DNA of 56,192 bases from Candidatus Micrarchaeota archaeon (GTDB taxonomy: Archaea; Micrarchaeota; Micrarchaeia; Micrarchaeales; CABMGC01). Made by a program: the position numbers and the translations under genes. This document shows, in pieces, positions 56,114 through 56,192 of this stretch. The stretch spans positions 1 to 56,192 of the forward strand of contig JAJZYR010000004.1 of assembly GCA_021797995.1 (NCBI GenBank), read 5' to 3'. Every line of letters starts with the position of its first letter. The first letter of the stretch is position 1. The notes below the pieces were generated by a model. It had not been told where the DNA came from, did not search any database, and saw nothing but the letters and a program-made list of their open reading frames with translations.

Positions 56114-56192
56114 ATGGGATTCAACCAAAACGAGACCGGCCCGCTGCACAGGCTCATGCTTCCTCGTGGAGACGAGGTCATAGGGGTAATAG
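56114..56192 (+). CDS. eif1a: Translation initiation factor aIF-1A, N-terminal part
   Basis: MGFNQNETGPLHRLMLPRGDEVIGVI, matching the R..LP...EV.G.(I/V) start of aIF-1A; runs off the window. Confidence 0.6.
   Translation, partial: MGFNQNETGPLHRLMLPRGDEVIGVI

Overview
Archaeal chromosomal window, most consistent with a DPANN archaeon of the Micrarchaeota type (inference from archaeal-type r-proteins, AlaS, MAT, Pth2 and aIF2-beta, a 'QSAMEYLxTYGWAIL' pilin and tight gene packing; not verified by search). It is mostly core genes: the rnp1-rps17 to rps5 part of the spc operon, rpl1/10/12, EF-1alpha-rps10, rpoE1-spt4, alaS, gltX, argS, carS, lplB/lplA/lipA, mat, ilvA/ridA/ilvE, prs/rpiB, rsmA, Sec61-beta, aIF2-beta and aIF1A, plus SRP RNA, tRNA-Ser(GCT) and tRNA-Gln(TTG). 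Accessory or decaying material includes: an IS200/IS605 remnant; a 1184-aa thermopsin-like surface protein; a MazG-HD-NUDIX cluster behind a broken pyrH; an AT-rich GNAT gene next to a decayed tRNA-Arg; a probably truncated AT-rich Lrp-like gene; a vapBC cassette bracketed by a duplicated gene 3' end; and several enzymes and orphans with basic, non-hydrophobic N-terminal extensions. No CRISPR array was seen. All calls come from motif recognition by eye; no database searches were run.
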